Positions 33,905 to 42,818 are shown, counted from the first letter of the stretch. The stretch: DNA of 64,000 nt from Vicinamibacterales bacterium (GCA_035939575.1 DASZFS010000504.1:302-64301); one strand, 5' to 3'. Program-made: numbers and translations. Notes: generated by a model from the sequence alone, not told the origin.

Positions 33905-35395
33905 GTGGCTGACACAGGAAACACCCAGGACGGAATCACACGCCGCGAATTCGCCACCCGCGTCGGGGCGGCGGCAGCAGGCGTCGCGGCCGGCGCCGAC
34001 GTCTTCAGTGCCCGCCTCCAGGCGGCCCCGCATGTGGGCGGACGCGTTCCCGGCGCGAACGATCGCGTCGTGACCGCGAGCATCGGCATCCGCGGACAGG
34101 GCAACGCGCTGAAGCGCGGGTTCGCCAGGCTCAAGAACGTCGAGATCAAGACGCTCTGTGATATCGACGCGAACCTGGCGCCGGAGCGGATTCATGACGA
34201 GCGGCTGGCGGACGTCGCCACGTTCAGGCCGGGCTACGCACAGGATCTCCGCCGCGTGCTCGACGACAAGGACATCGACGCGGTCGTCATCGCGGCGCCG
34301 AACCACTGGCACGCGCTCGCGACCATCTGGGCGCTGCAGGCGGGCAAGCACGTGTACGTCGAGAAGCCCGCGTCGCATACGGTCTGGGAAGGCCGCAAGA
34401 TGGTCGAGGCGACCGCGCGCTACAACAGGATTGTGCAGGTCGGCACGATGAACCGCAGCCGGCCGGCCGTGCGCGACGCGATCAAGTTCATTCACGACGG
34501 CGGCCTCGGCACGGTCTATATGGCGCGCGGCCTCTGCTACAAGCCGAGGCCGGCGATCGGGAAGTACCCCGATGGTTCGATGGCGCCCGGCGAGAAGTAC
34601 GGGTTGACCCTGACGTCCACCTCCTACGAGCCGACGTACGACCGGTCCTACCTGTCCAAAGTCGACTACGACCTGTGGCTCGGGCCGGCCCCGAAGCGGC
34701 CGTTCAACCGCAATCGCTTTCACTACAACTGGCACTGGCACTGGGACTACGGCAACGGCGACAGCGGCAACCAGGGGCCGCACCAGTTTGACATCGCACG
34801 CTGGGGGCTCCAGAAACACGAACATCCAATCAAGATCCGCTCGACCGGTGGGTATTTCGGCGAGGAGTCATCGCAGGAGACGCCCAACCTGCAGACCAGC
34901 CTCTTCGAGTACGCCGACGGCAAGGTCCTCGAGTTCGGCACCCGCGGCGGCTTCACGAACGACGAAGCCGGCGTGAGGATCGGCAACCTGTTCTACGGTT
35001 CGAAAGGCTGGCTCTGGATCGAGGAGAGCGGCCGCAAATGGCAGTCGTACTTCGGTCCCAAGGACGAGAAAGGGCCAGGCGCAGATGCGCCCGACGCCGA
35101 GCCGACAGGCCTGACGACGACCGCGATGTCGCACTATCAGAACTTCGTCGACGCGATCCGCGCCGGCGACGCGAAGCTCCTGACGTGCGACGTGCTCGAG
35201 GGGCACATGTCATCGACGCTGCCGCACCTCGGCAACATCGCATACCAGGTGGGCCGGGCGTTGACGTTCGACGGCACGGCCGAGAAATTTGTCGACGACA
35301 AGCAGGCCGATCGCCTGCTGACGCGGGAGTACCGCAAAGGATTCGAGGTGCCAGACTCGCTCGGCGCGGGAACACACGACCTCGCGAACCGCTAG
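33905..35395 (+). CDS. Gfo/Idh/MocA family oxidoreductase, Tat-exported (496 aa)
   Basis: Tat signal ITRREFATRVGAAAAGVAAG. Rossmann segment SIGIRGQGN...VVIAAPNHWH...GKHVYVEKP. Confidence 0.85.
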   Translation: MADTGNTQDGITRREFATRVGAAAAGVAAGADVFSARLQAAPHVGGRVPGANDRVVTASIGIRGQGNALKRGFARLKNVEIKTLCDIDANLAPERIHDERLADVATFRPGYAQDLRRVLDDKDIDAVVIAAPNHWHALATIWALQAGKHVYVEKPASHTVWEGRKMVEATARYNRIVQVGTMNRSRPAVRDAIKFIHDGGLGTVYMARGLCYKPRPAIGKYPDGSMAPGEKYGLTLTSTSYEPTYDRSYLSKVDYDLWLGPAPKRPFNRNRFHYNWHWHWDYGNGDSGNQGPHQFDIARWGLQKHEHPIKIRSTGGYFGEESSQETPNLQTSLFEYADGKVLEFGTRGGFTNDEAGVRIGNLFYGSKGWLWIEESGRKWQSYFGPKDEKGPGADAPDAEPTGLTTTAMSHYQNFVDAIRAGDAKLLTCDVLEGHMSSTLPHLGNIAYQVGRALTFDGTAEKFVDDKQADRLLTREYRKGFEVPDSLGAGTHDLANR

Positions 35396-35398
35396 TCT

Positions 35399-35570
35399 CG
35401 GCTGGACTCATGGCGGCGTGCAGTTGCCTACGCTCCAGACGCGATGAGAATGGGCCTGAAGACTCATGGCCGCGTGCAGTTGCCTCGCCCAAAAGATCAG
35501 GGTTCTCGAGAGTTGGACAAGGTCGTCAGAGGGCGTAGGCAACTGCACGCGGCCATGAGTCTTCAGGCCC
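35399..35570. repeat. REP/MITE-like element, copy D (solo left arm plus complete palindromic unit)
   Basis: Solo arm at 35399-35433. The full unit has arms 35452-35490 and 35531-35570, which are reverse complements, with a 40-nt spacer. It lies between convergent stops at 35395 and 35590. Confidence 0.85.
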
Positions 35571-35589
35571 GTTTATGAGCCGCTTGTAG

Positions 35590-36255
35590 TCACGCCCGCG
35601 CAGCAGCGACGCTGGCGACAACGGTCCGCGCGTTCGCGGTGATCACGTCGAAGCGGCTGGCGTCGATCGCCTTTGCGTCGAGCAGCGCCGACCCGAGCCC
35701 GACCGCGATTGCCCCCGCGCGAATCCACTCGCCGGCGTTGTCGAGCGTCACGCCGCCGGTCGGCATCAGCTTCACCTGCGGCAGCGGCGCGCGCACATCC
35801 CTGATGAACTGCGGCCCCAGCGCCGTCGCCGGGAAGACCTTGACGATGTCGGCGCCGCATTCGTGCGCCGCGAGGATCTCGGTCGGCGAGAAACAGCCGG
35901 GCATCGCCGGGACGTCGCGCTCGTGACAGGCAGCGATCACCTGCGGCCGGAACACCGGGCTGACGACGAAGCCGGCGCCGGCGTCGATCACCGCGCGCGC
36001 CATGGCCGCGTCGGTCACCGTGCCGGCGCCGAGCAGGAATCCGGCCGGCAGGCTCGGCGCCAGCGCGCGGATCAGGTCGACCGCGCCCGGCACGGTCATG
36101 GTCACCTCGAGCGCCCGCACGCCGCCGTCGGCCATCGCGTCGATGACGGCATGGAGCTTCCCCGGATCCTTCAGGCGGATCACGGCGACGACGCCGAGCG
36201 CCTCGATCTGCGCCGTCACGTCGGCGCGCCTGGAATGTGTCATGGAATGTTTCAT
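35590..36255 (-). CDS. eda: KDPG/KHG aldolase (Eda family)
   Basis: Contains VVAVIRLKD...GGVRALEVTMTVPGA...GAGTV...GAGFVVSP...GCFSPTEI...GADIVKVFPA...KLMPTGGV. ATG 36255 forms an ATGA overlap with the upstream stop. Confidence 0.85.
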   Translation of the reverse strand: MKHSMTHSRRADVTAQIEALGVVAVIRLKDPGKLHAVIDAMADGGVRALEVTMTVPGAVDLIRALAPSLPAGFLLGAGTVTDAAMARAVIDAGAGFVVSPVFRPQVIAACHERDVPAMPGCFSPTEILAAHECGADIVKVFPATALGPQFIRDVRAPLPQVKLMPTGGVTLDNAGEWIRAGAIAVGLGSALLDAKAIDASRFDVITANARTVVASVAAARA

Positions 36256-37277
36256 GGAATGGTCGCTGGGAGATTGGTCCGCGCCGAGTCGTAGATCGCG
36301 TTGATGAGCGCCACGCTTCGCCGCCCGCCCGGGCCATCGCAGCATGGCGCGCTTCGTGTCGCGACGGCACGAAGGAAGTCTTCGAACACGCGCACGTGCG
36401 CCGCGGCATCGGCCACCACCGGCGACGCCGCGCTCGCGGTCGCCCCATGACGGGATGCCGGCCGTTCGTCGTCGCGCGCATCCTTCAGATCGACGGCGGC
36501 AAGATCGTCGCCCTCGAGCCGAACCGTGCCGTTCGAGCCGGTCAGCTCGATTTGACGCGAGTATCCCGGGTACGCGGACGTCGCCGCCTCGAGCGTGCCG
36601 ATGGCCCCGTTCGCGAACTCGAGCACGGCGACCGCCGTGTCTTCGACTTCGATCGCGTGGAGTCCGGCCATCGTCTTCCCGAATACACGCCGCACCGGGC
36701 CGAACAGCCAGAGCAGCAGGTCGACCGTGTGCACGCCCTGGTTCATCAGCGCGCCGCCGCCGTCGAGCGCCTGCGTCCCCCGCCACCGCGAGTCCCGGTA
36801 GTAGGACGGCGGCCGGTACCACTTGACGCGTGCGCTGGCGAGAATCGGCGTGCCAAGCCGGCCGCCGTCAACCAAGGCCTTCAGGCGCTGCACGTCGGGC
36901 TTCAGCCGATCCTGAAAGATGACGCCGAGCGTGACGCCGGCGCGCGCCGCCGCCTCGATGAGCGCGTCGGCGCGGGCCACGTCCGTGTCGATCGGCTTCT
37001 CGACGAGCACGTGCAGGCCGCGCGCGGCCGCGGCGATGCCGTGCTCCGCGTGCAGCGCCGACGGCGTACCGATCACCACCATGTCGAGCGGACGGTGCGC
37101 GAGCAGCGCGTCGAGCGACGCAGCGGCGGCGGCGCCGTGCCGCGCGGCAAGCGCGTCGGCGTGGTCGCGCGTCGGCGCGTAGATTGCGGCAATCTCGACG
37201 TTCGGCATCGCGCGCAGCGCGCGGGCGTGCGTGTCGCTGATGTTGCCCGCGCCGACGAGACCGACCCGCACGGTCAT
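36252..37277 (-). CDS. Gfo/Idh/MocA family oxidoreductase (cytoplasmic)
   Basis: Contains MTVRVGLVGAGNISDTHARAL...VVIGTPSALHAEH...GLHVLVEKP. Confidence 0.85.
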   Translation of the reverse strand: MTVRVGLVGAGNISDTHARALRAMPNVEIAAIYAPTRDHADALAARHGAAAAASLDALLAHRPLDMVVIGTPSALHAEHGIAAAARGLHVLVEKPIDTDVARADALIEAAARAGVTLGVIFQDRLKPDVQRLKALVDGGRLGTPILASARVKWYRPPSYYRDSRWRGTQALDGGGALMNQGVHTVDLLLWLFGPVRRVFGKTMAGLHAIEVEDTAVAVLEFANGAIGTLEAATSAYPGYSRQIELTGSNGTVRLEGDDLAAVDLKDARDDERPASRHGATASAASPVVADAAAHVRVFEDFLRAVATRSAPCCDGPGGRRSVALINAIYDSARTNLPATIP

Positions 37278-37296
37278 GGAGGGGGCGGGTGCCGGC

Positions 37297-38256
37297 TCAC
37301 TGCGCTCCCGCCCGCTCGAGGAGGGCTTTCATCCCGGCGAAGCTCTCGCGGCTGGACGCCTCCGGCGTGCCCGCGCCGCGCCAGTGCGTCTCGAGCGTGC
37401 ACGCAAAGGGATAGCCATCGTGTTTCAGCGCGCGGAACTGGCCGGCCCAGTCGATCACGCCGCGTCCCATGGCCATCCATTCCCACGCGGTGCCGTCGGC
37501 GCGGCGCGCCGCGTCCTTGCAGTGGACGTGCCCGATCCGCCCCTTCGGGATCGCGGCATAACCGCCGGGAAACGGCACTTCGTCGCGAAACTGCGCGTTG
37601 CCCGGGTCCCAGGTAATCTGGAGCGCCTTGTCCGGAATCGCCGTCGCCAGCCGCCCGGCTTCGGCCCCGGTCGCCGTATTGCACGCGTACTCGTTCTCGA
37701 GGACGAGCGTGAGATTCCGCGTCGCTGCCTTTGCCGCCGCCTTGCGCACGACGTCGTCGATCGCGGCGCGGTGCGGCTTCTGGTCGTCGAGCCGCCAGAA
37801 GTCGAAGATGCGGATGCGATCGGTCCTGAAGGTGCGGGCGAGCTCGAACGCGCGCTCGAGCAGCTCGTCCTGCTGGCCGAACGTGAAGCTGGCGCCGAAT
37901 TCGTCGCGCTTGGGGCTGAAAGACGACCTCGGCGCACCGGGCCAGTCGACCTTGAAGATCGGCGTCGCCAGGCAGGCGACGCGCAGCTTGAACCGATCGA
38001 GCACCGCGCGGATTTCGGCAACGTGCGCGGCGTCCCAGTTCATCAGGTTCTTGCCGCCCGCCTCGCGCAAGTCGACGAGGCCCAGCCCGAAATCGCGCGC
38101 GGCGACTTCGCATGCGTGGCCGAAGTCCTGCGAGATCTCGTCGGTGAGAACGGAGAGATGCAGGGCGGCCGCCGGCGCCGCCCGCAGCCACGCGCCGCGC
38201 GCGGCGGCGGACGCGCCGAGGCCCGCCAGAACGGTGCGTCTGGAAATCATCCGCAT
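37297..38256 (-). CDS. Xylose-isomerase-like TIM-barrel protein (sugar phosphate isomerase/epimerase family), Tat-exported
   Basis: Starts MRMISRRTVLAGLGASAAARGAW (Tat) followed by a TIM-barrel pattern (LSVLTDEIS..., VLENEYA..., GHVHCKD). Confidence 0.8.
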   Translation of the reverse strand: MRMISRRTVLAGLGASAAARGAWLRAAPAAALHLSVLTDEISQDFGHACEVAARDFGLGLVDLREAGGKNLMNWDAAHVAEIRAVLDRFKLRVACLATPIFKVDWPGAPRSSFSPKRDEFGASFTFGQQDELLERAFELARTFRTDRIRIFDFWRLDDQKPHRAAIDDVVRKAAAKAATRNLTLVLENEYACNTATGAEAGRLATAIPDKALQITWDPGNAQFRDEVPFPGGYAAIPKGRIGHVHCKDAARRADGTAWEWMAMGRGVIDWAGQFRALKHDGYPFACTLETHWRGAGTPEASSRESFAGMKALLERAGAQ

Positions 38257-38412
38257 ATCAGACCACACTTGACCGCGTCCCGGCATCAACGCGGCGGTGG
38301 AATTGCCCCCACTGCACCGCTAAAGTAAAGGTCTACCCAATTCGCGGGCCCCGGCGGCAATTGGGCAGGCCACTTGGCAGCGGTGGCGCCCACAGGGTAA
38401 GTTCTTCGAGCC

Positions 38413-39204
38413 ATGAGCCCGACGACGGGAATATTGGTCAAACCACTTGTGATTCCGCGCGACGATCGGCCTGACATCACCGACAGCGCGGCCGCCGTCG
38501 TCGCGCACGTCCGGCGGTTGATCGACTGCGGCGCGCTGGGCCCGGGAGCTCGCCTGCCGCCGGAGCGCGACCTCGCCGTGCAGGTGGGCGTCAGCCGCCC
38601 GACCGTCCGCGCCGGTCTGCGCACGCTCGCGGCACTCGGCGTCGTGCACTCACGCCGCGGCTCGGGCACCTACATCCCGCAGGGTCCGCCCACGCTCGGC
38701 GCCGAGGCGCTCAGCTTTCTCGCCGCGCTCCACAAGTTCTCGTCGGACGACGTCTACGAAGCACGGCGCATCCTCGAGATCGGAGCGGCCGGCCTCGCGG
38801 CCGAACGCGCGACCCCGGATCACCTTGCGACGCTGGCCGACGAGGTCGCCAGCATGTTCGCGTCGCTCAACGACCGGCAGGTGTTTCTCGTGCACGATAT
38901 CAATTTCCACCGCGGCATCGCCGCTGCCTCCGGCAACCCGATCGTCGCGTCGCTCGTCGAGATGGTCTCTGCCCTCTACTACGAGCGTCGCCGGACGACC
39001 GCCGAGCGCGCGGTCGATCGCGACCTGCGCGACGCGGCCGACGCGCACCGGCACATCTATCGGGCGGTCCGCGCCAAGGACGTCGACCGCGCGCGGCGTC
39101 TGATGCACGATCACCTCCTGCGCGCGCGGTCGTATCAGGCAAGGGAGGCCCTCGCGCCTGCCAGCAAGGCTCAGGCTTCGCCCAGGCGGAGGTCCGCACG
39201 ATGA
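38413..39204 (+). CDS. GntR/FadR family transcriptional regulator
   Basis: Contains LPPERDLAVQVGVSRPTVRAGLRTLAALGVVHSRRGSGTYI plus a FadR_C/FCD-like C-terminal half. Confidence 0.85.
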   Translation: MSPTTGILVKPLVIPRDDRPDITDSAAAVVAHVRRLIDCGALGPGARLPPERDLAVQVGVSRPTVRAGLRTLAALGVVHSRRGSGTYIPQGPPTLGAEALSFLAALHKFSSDDVYEARRILEIGAAGLAAERATPDHLATLADEVASMFASLNDRQVFLVHDINFHRGIAAASGNPIVASLVEMVSALYYERRRTTAERAVDRDLRDAADAHRHIYRAVRAKDVDRARRLMHDHLLRARSYQAREALAPASKAQASPRRRSAR

Positions 39205-39974
39205 CACCCTCACGCTTCGACCTCACCGCCCGCACCGCCGTCGTCGTCGGGGGCACCAGCGGGATCGGGCGCGCACTCGCCCTTGGCCTCGCCGAGGCCG
39301 GCGCGGACGTCGTCGCCACCGGACGCCGCGCCGCGGCGGTGGACGAGGTGTCGGCCGCGATCGAGCAGCGGGGACGCCGGACACTGCGGCAGCCGGTCGA
39401 CGTCGGCGACCACGCGTCGCTGCAACGCCTGCGCGACGCGTGTCTGAAGACGTTCGGCCAGGTCGACATCGTCGTGGCTGCAGCCGGCGTGACCAAGCGC
39501 GTGCCGACGCTCGAGATGTCCGAGGCCGACTGGCACCGCATCCTCGATACCAACGTGACCGGCGTGTTCAGGACCTATCAGGCGTTCGCGCCGCCGATGA
39601 TCGCGCGCGGATCCGGCCGGCTGATCGGCGTCGCGTCGATCGCCTCGTTCGTCGGGCTCCAGGAGGTCGCGGCGTACACGGCGAGCAAGGCCGCGGTCGC
39701 CGGGCTGACGCGCGCGCTCTCGGTGGAGTGGGCGCGCCACGGCGTGACGGTCAACGCGATCGCCCCAGGCGTCTTCGAAACGGATCTCAACCGGGAGATT
39801 CTCAAAGGGGCGCGCGGACAGGAATTCAAGCTGCGGACGCCGATGGGCCGCTTCGGCACGGTCGACGAGCTCGTCGGCGCCGCGGTCTTTCTCGCCTCGG
39901 ACGCCGCCAGCTTCGTCACCGGCCAGCTGATTGCCGTCGACGGCGGATTCCTTGCCAGCGGGGTGAACCAGTGA
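39201..39974 (+). CDS. SDR family oxidoreductase (KduD/gluconate-5-dehydrogenase-like)
   Basis: Contains VVGGTSGIGRALA, YTASKAAVAGLTRAL and NAIAPGVFETD. Forms an ATGA overlap with the gntR stop. Confidence 0.9.
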   Translation: MTPSRFDLTARTAVVVGGTSGIGRALALGLAEAGADVVATGRRAAAVDEVSAAIEQRGRRTLRQPVDVGDHASLQRLRDACLKTFGQVDIVVAAAGVTKRVPTLEMSEADWHRILDTNVTGVFRTYQAFAPPMIARGSGRLIGVASIASFVGLQEVAAYTASKAAVAGLTRALSVEWARHGVTVNAIAPGVFETDLNREILKGARGQEFKLRTPMGRFGTVDELVGAAVFLASDAASFVTGQLIAVDGGFLASGVNQ

Positions 39975-40291
39975 ACCCGGCGATCGTGATCAACGCGCAG
40001 GACAACGTCGCAACGGCGCTCGAGCCGCTCGAGGCGGGACAGACGATCCAGGCCGGTGGATCCATTGTGGCGGTCGCCGAAGCGATCCCGCGCGGGCACA
40101 AGGTGGCGCTGCGCGCGATCGCCGCCGGCGAGATCGTCGTGAAGTACGGCAGCGCGATCGGGCATGCCTCGTCCGACATCGCCGCCGGCGCGCATGTGCA
40201 CACCCACAACGTCGCGAGCGATCGTGGACGCGGCGATCTCGCCGCAGCCGCGGGGCCTGGCCGCGGCATTCGCCCGTCGGAGCGCGGATGA
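39971..40291 (+). CDS. UxaA-family dehydratase, N-terminal SAF-domain subunit
   Basis: Contains VNPAIVINAQDNVATALEPLEAGQTI...IPRGHKVALRAIAAGEIVVKYGSAIGHASSDIAAGAHVHTHN. GTG 39971 forms a GTGA overlap with the SDR stop. Confidence 0.75.
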   Translation: MNPAIVINAQDNVATALEPLEAGQTIQAGGSIVAVAEAIPRGHKVALRAIAAGEIVVKYGSAIGHASSDIAAGAHVHTHNVASDRGRGDLAAAAGPGRGIRPSERG

Positions 40292-41457
40292 CGCCGATGT
40301 TCCTCGGCTACCCGCGCCCCGGAGGGGACGTCGGCGTCCGCAACCACGTCCTCGTCGTGCCCACCGTGATCTGCGCGGCGGTCGTCGCCGAGCGGATTGC
40401 GGCGTCCATCGCGCCGATCGGCGCCGCGCTGCCGCACCTCGCGGGCTGCGGCCAGCTCGGGCCGGATCTGAGCGTCACGCACGACACGCTCGCGGCTTAC
40501 GCACGGCACCCCAACGTCGGCGCCGTGATCGTCGTCGCGCTCGGGTGCGAGCAGGTCGTCGCGCAGTATCTCGCCGACACCGCGCGGCAGGCCGGCAAGA
40601 CGGCGCACGTCGTCTCGATTCAGGGCGAGGGTGGCACCGTCCGCGCGACCGCGCGCGGCGTGGAGATCGCGCGCGAGCTGACGGCGGCGCTGGGCCGCGT
40701 CGAGCGCGTGCCGTGCCCCGCGTCATCCCTTGTGCTGTCGGTGAAATGCGGCGGCTCGGACTATACGTCAGGGCTCGCGTCGAACCCGGTCGTGGGGCGC
40801 GTCGCGGACACGCTCGTCGACATGGGCGGCGCCGTCGTGCTCGGTGAGATCGCCGAGATCATGGGCGCGGAGCATCTTCTGGCGGCGCGGGCGTCCGCGC
40901 CGGCCACCGCCGCGCAGCTGCTGCGCGTTGTCAACCGCGTCGAAGCGGAGGCAATGGCGCTCGGCCTCGACATCCGGGGTACGCAGCCGTCGCCGGGGAA
41001 CATTCGCGGCGGGCTGACCACGATCGAAGAAAAATCGCTCGGCGCCACGCACAAGGCCGGGGAGCGCACGCGACTCGAGGACGTGGTGCCCTATGCCGCG
41101 CGTATCACCAAACGCGGGCTGACGGTCATGGATACGCCGGGGCTCGACGTCGAGTCGGTGACCGGGATGGTGGGCGGTGGCGCGCAGGTCGTGCTGTTCA
41201 CGACCGGGCTCGGCACGCCGACAGGCAACCCGATCGCGCCGGTGGTGAAGATCACCGCGAACGCACGGACGGCGCAGACGATGGCGGACAACACCGACGT
41301 CGACGTCAGCGGTGTCCTGACGCACGCCGAGTCGTTCGAGGACGCGGCGGCCCGGCTGTTCGACGCGGTGTGCGAGGTGGCAAGCGGCCGGCCGACCGCC
41401 GCCGAACGGCTTGGGCACCGCGAGTTCGCCATTCACCGCCGCAACTCGACGATCTGA
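40288..41457 (+). CDS. UxaA-family dehydratase, large (C-terminal) subunit (altronate/galactarate dehydratase-like)
   Basis: Contains FLGYPRPGGDVGVRNHVLVVPTV...CGGSDYTSG...FTTGLGTPTGNPIAPVVKIT. Forms an ATGA overlap with the SAF-subunit stop. Confidence 0.85.
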   Translation: MTPMFLGYPRPGGDVGVRNHVLVVPTVICAAVVAERIAASIAPIGAALPHLAGCGQLGPDLSVTHDTLAAYARHPNVGAVIVVALGCEQVVAQYLADTARQAGKTAHVVSIQGEGGTVRATARGVEIARELTAALGRVERVPCPASSLVLSVKCGGSDYTSGLASNPVVGRVADTLVDMGGAVVLGEIAEIMGAEHLLAARASAPATAAQLLRVVNRVEAEAMALGLDIRGTQPSPGNIRGGLTTIEEKSLGATHKAGERTRLEDVVPYAARITKRGLTVMDTPGLDVESVTGMVGGGAQVVLFTTGLGTPTGNPIAPVVKITANARTAQTMADNTDVDVSGVLTHAESFEDAAARLFDAVCEVASGRPTAAERLGHREFAIHRRNSTI

Positions 41458-41467
41458 GGGCACAACA

Positions 41468-42811
41468 ATGGCCATGCCAGCCGCGCGGGCAGCCGCGGCG
41501 CCCGCCGCGCGCATCGGGAAGTTCCGCTGGACGATTTGCGGACTGCTGTTCCTGGCCGCGACGATCAACTACGTCGATCGACAGGTGATTGGCATCCTCA
41601 AGCCGACCCTGCAGGCGCAGTTCGGCTGGACCGAGATCGACTACGGCGACATCGTCTTCGCGTTCCAGATGGCCTACGCAATCGGCTACCTGTTCGCCGG
41701 CCGGGTGATGGACCTGCTCGGCATCAAGCGCGGGTTCGCGCTGGCGCTGGCGATCTGGTCAATGGCCGCGATGGCGGCCGCTGCCGTCCCGCGTTTCGGC
41801 CCCGCCGCGGCCCTCCTTCTCGGCGGGTTCGGCCTGACCTACTCCGCGTCGGTCGCCGGGTTCATCGTCGTGCGGTTCGTGCTCGGGCTCGGCGAGTCCG
41901 GCAACTTCCCCGCCGCGATCAAGACCGTCGCCGAATGGTTCCCGCAGCGGGAGCGCGCCTTTGCGACCGGCCTGTTCAACGCCGGTACCAACATCGGCGC
42001 GGTGATCACGCCGATGACCGTTCCGTTCATCACGGCGCGCTTCGGCTGGCCGTCGGCATTCGTCCTGACCGGCGTGCTCGGTGTTGCGTGGCTCGTCGCC
42101 TGGCTGACGATCTACGAGAAGCCCGACGTGCATCCGCGGCTCGGTCCGCCGGAGCGCGCCTTCATCCGCAGCGATCCGGTCGCGCCGGCAACGCACATGC
42201 CGTGGCTCAGCCTGATGGGATACAGGCAAACCTGGTCGTTCGGACTGGCGAAGTTTCTGACCGATCCGATCTGGTGGATGTATCTCTTCTGGCTGCCCGA
42301 TTTCTTCAGCCGGAACTACGGCCTGTCGCTGCTGGAGCTGGGGCCGCCGATCATCGTGATCTACGTCGTTGCCGACGTCGGCAGCGTCGGAGGCGGGTGG
42401 CTGTCGTCGGCGTTGATCCGGCGCGGGTGGTCCGTCAATGCCGCGCGCAAGACTGCGATGCTCGGCTGCGCGCTCGCGGTCGTGCCGATCGTCTTCGCCA
42501 CGCGCGTGCAGAGCGTGTGGGGAGCGGTGGCGCTGGTCAGCCTCGCGACGGCGGCGCATCAGGGGTGGTCGGCGAACCTGTTCACATTCGCCTCGGACAT
42601 GTTCCCACGGCAGGCGGTCGGCTCCGTCGTTGGCCTGGGTGGCTTCGCCGGCGCGGTGGGCGGCATGCTGATCGCGAAGGTCACCGGCTACGTGCTGCAG
42701 ATGACAGGCAGCTACACGACGGTGCTGATGATCGCCGGCGGCGCGTATCTGGTCGCGCTCACGGTCGTGCAGATTCTGACACCGCACCTCGAGCCCGCGC
42801 GGGTCGAATGA
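41468..42811 (+). CDS. MFS transporter, hexuronate (ExuT)-like
   Basis: Contains KFRWTICGLLFLAATINYVDRQVIGILKPTLQAQFGWTEIDYGDIVFAFQMAYAIGY. Confidence 0.85.
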   Translation: MAMPAARAAAAPAARIGKFRWTICGLLFLAATINYVDRQVIGILKPTLQAQFGWTEIDYGDIVFAFQMAYAIGYLFAGRVMDLLGIKRGFALALAIWSMAAMAAAAVPRFGPAAALLLGGFGLTYSASVAGFIVVRFVLGLGESGNFPAAIKTVAEWFPQRERAFATGLFNAGTNIGAVITPMTVPFITARFGWPSAFVLTGVLGVAWLVAWLTIYEKPDVHPRLGPPERAFIRSDPVAPATHMPWLSLMGYRQTWSFGLAKFLTDPIWWMYLFWLPDFFSRNYGLSLLELGPPIIVIYVVADVGSVGGGWLSSALIRRGWSVNAARKTAMLGCALAVVPIVFATRVQSVWGAVALVSLATAAHQGWSANLFTFASDMFPRQAVGSVVGLGGFAGAVGGMLIAKVTGYVLQMTGSYTTVLMIAGGAYLVALTVVQILTPHLEPARVE

Positions 42812-42818
42812 TGCTTTC

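Noticed and set aside
35452-35570. The palindromic repeat units as tRNA or small-RNA genes, or as coding sequence. They appear in track ORFs as ...SWPRAVASPK....
   Set aside because: They lack cloverleaf geometry and anticodon-arm proportions. The peptide matches merely reflect translation of the same repeated DNA in spurious ORFs that cross intergenic regions.
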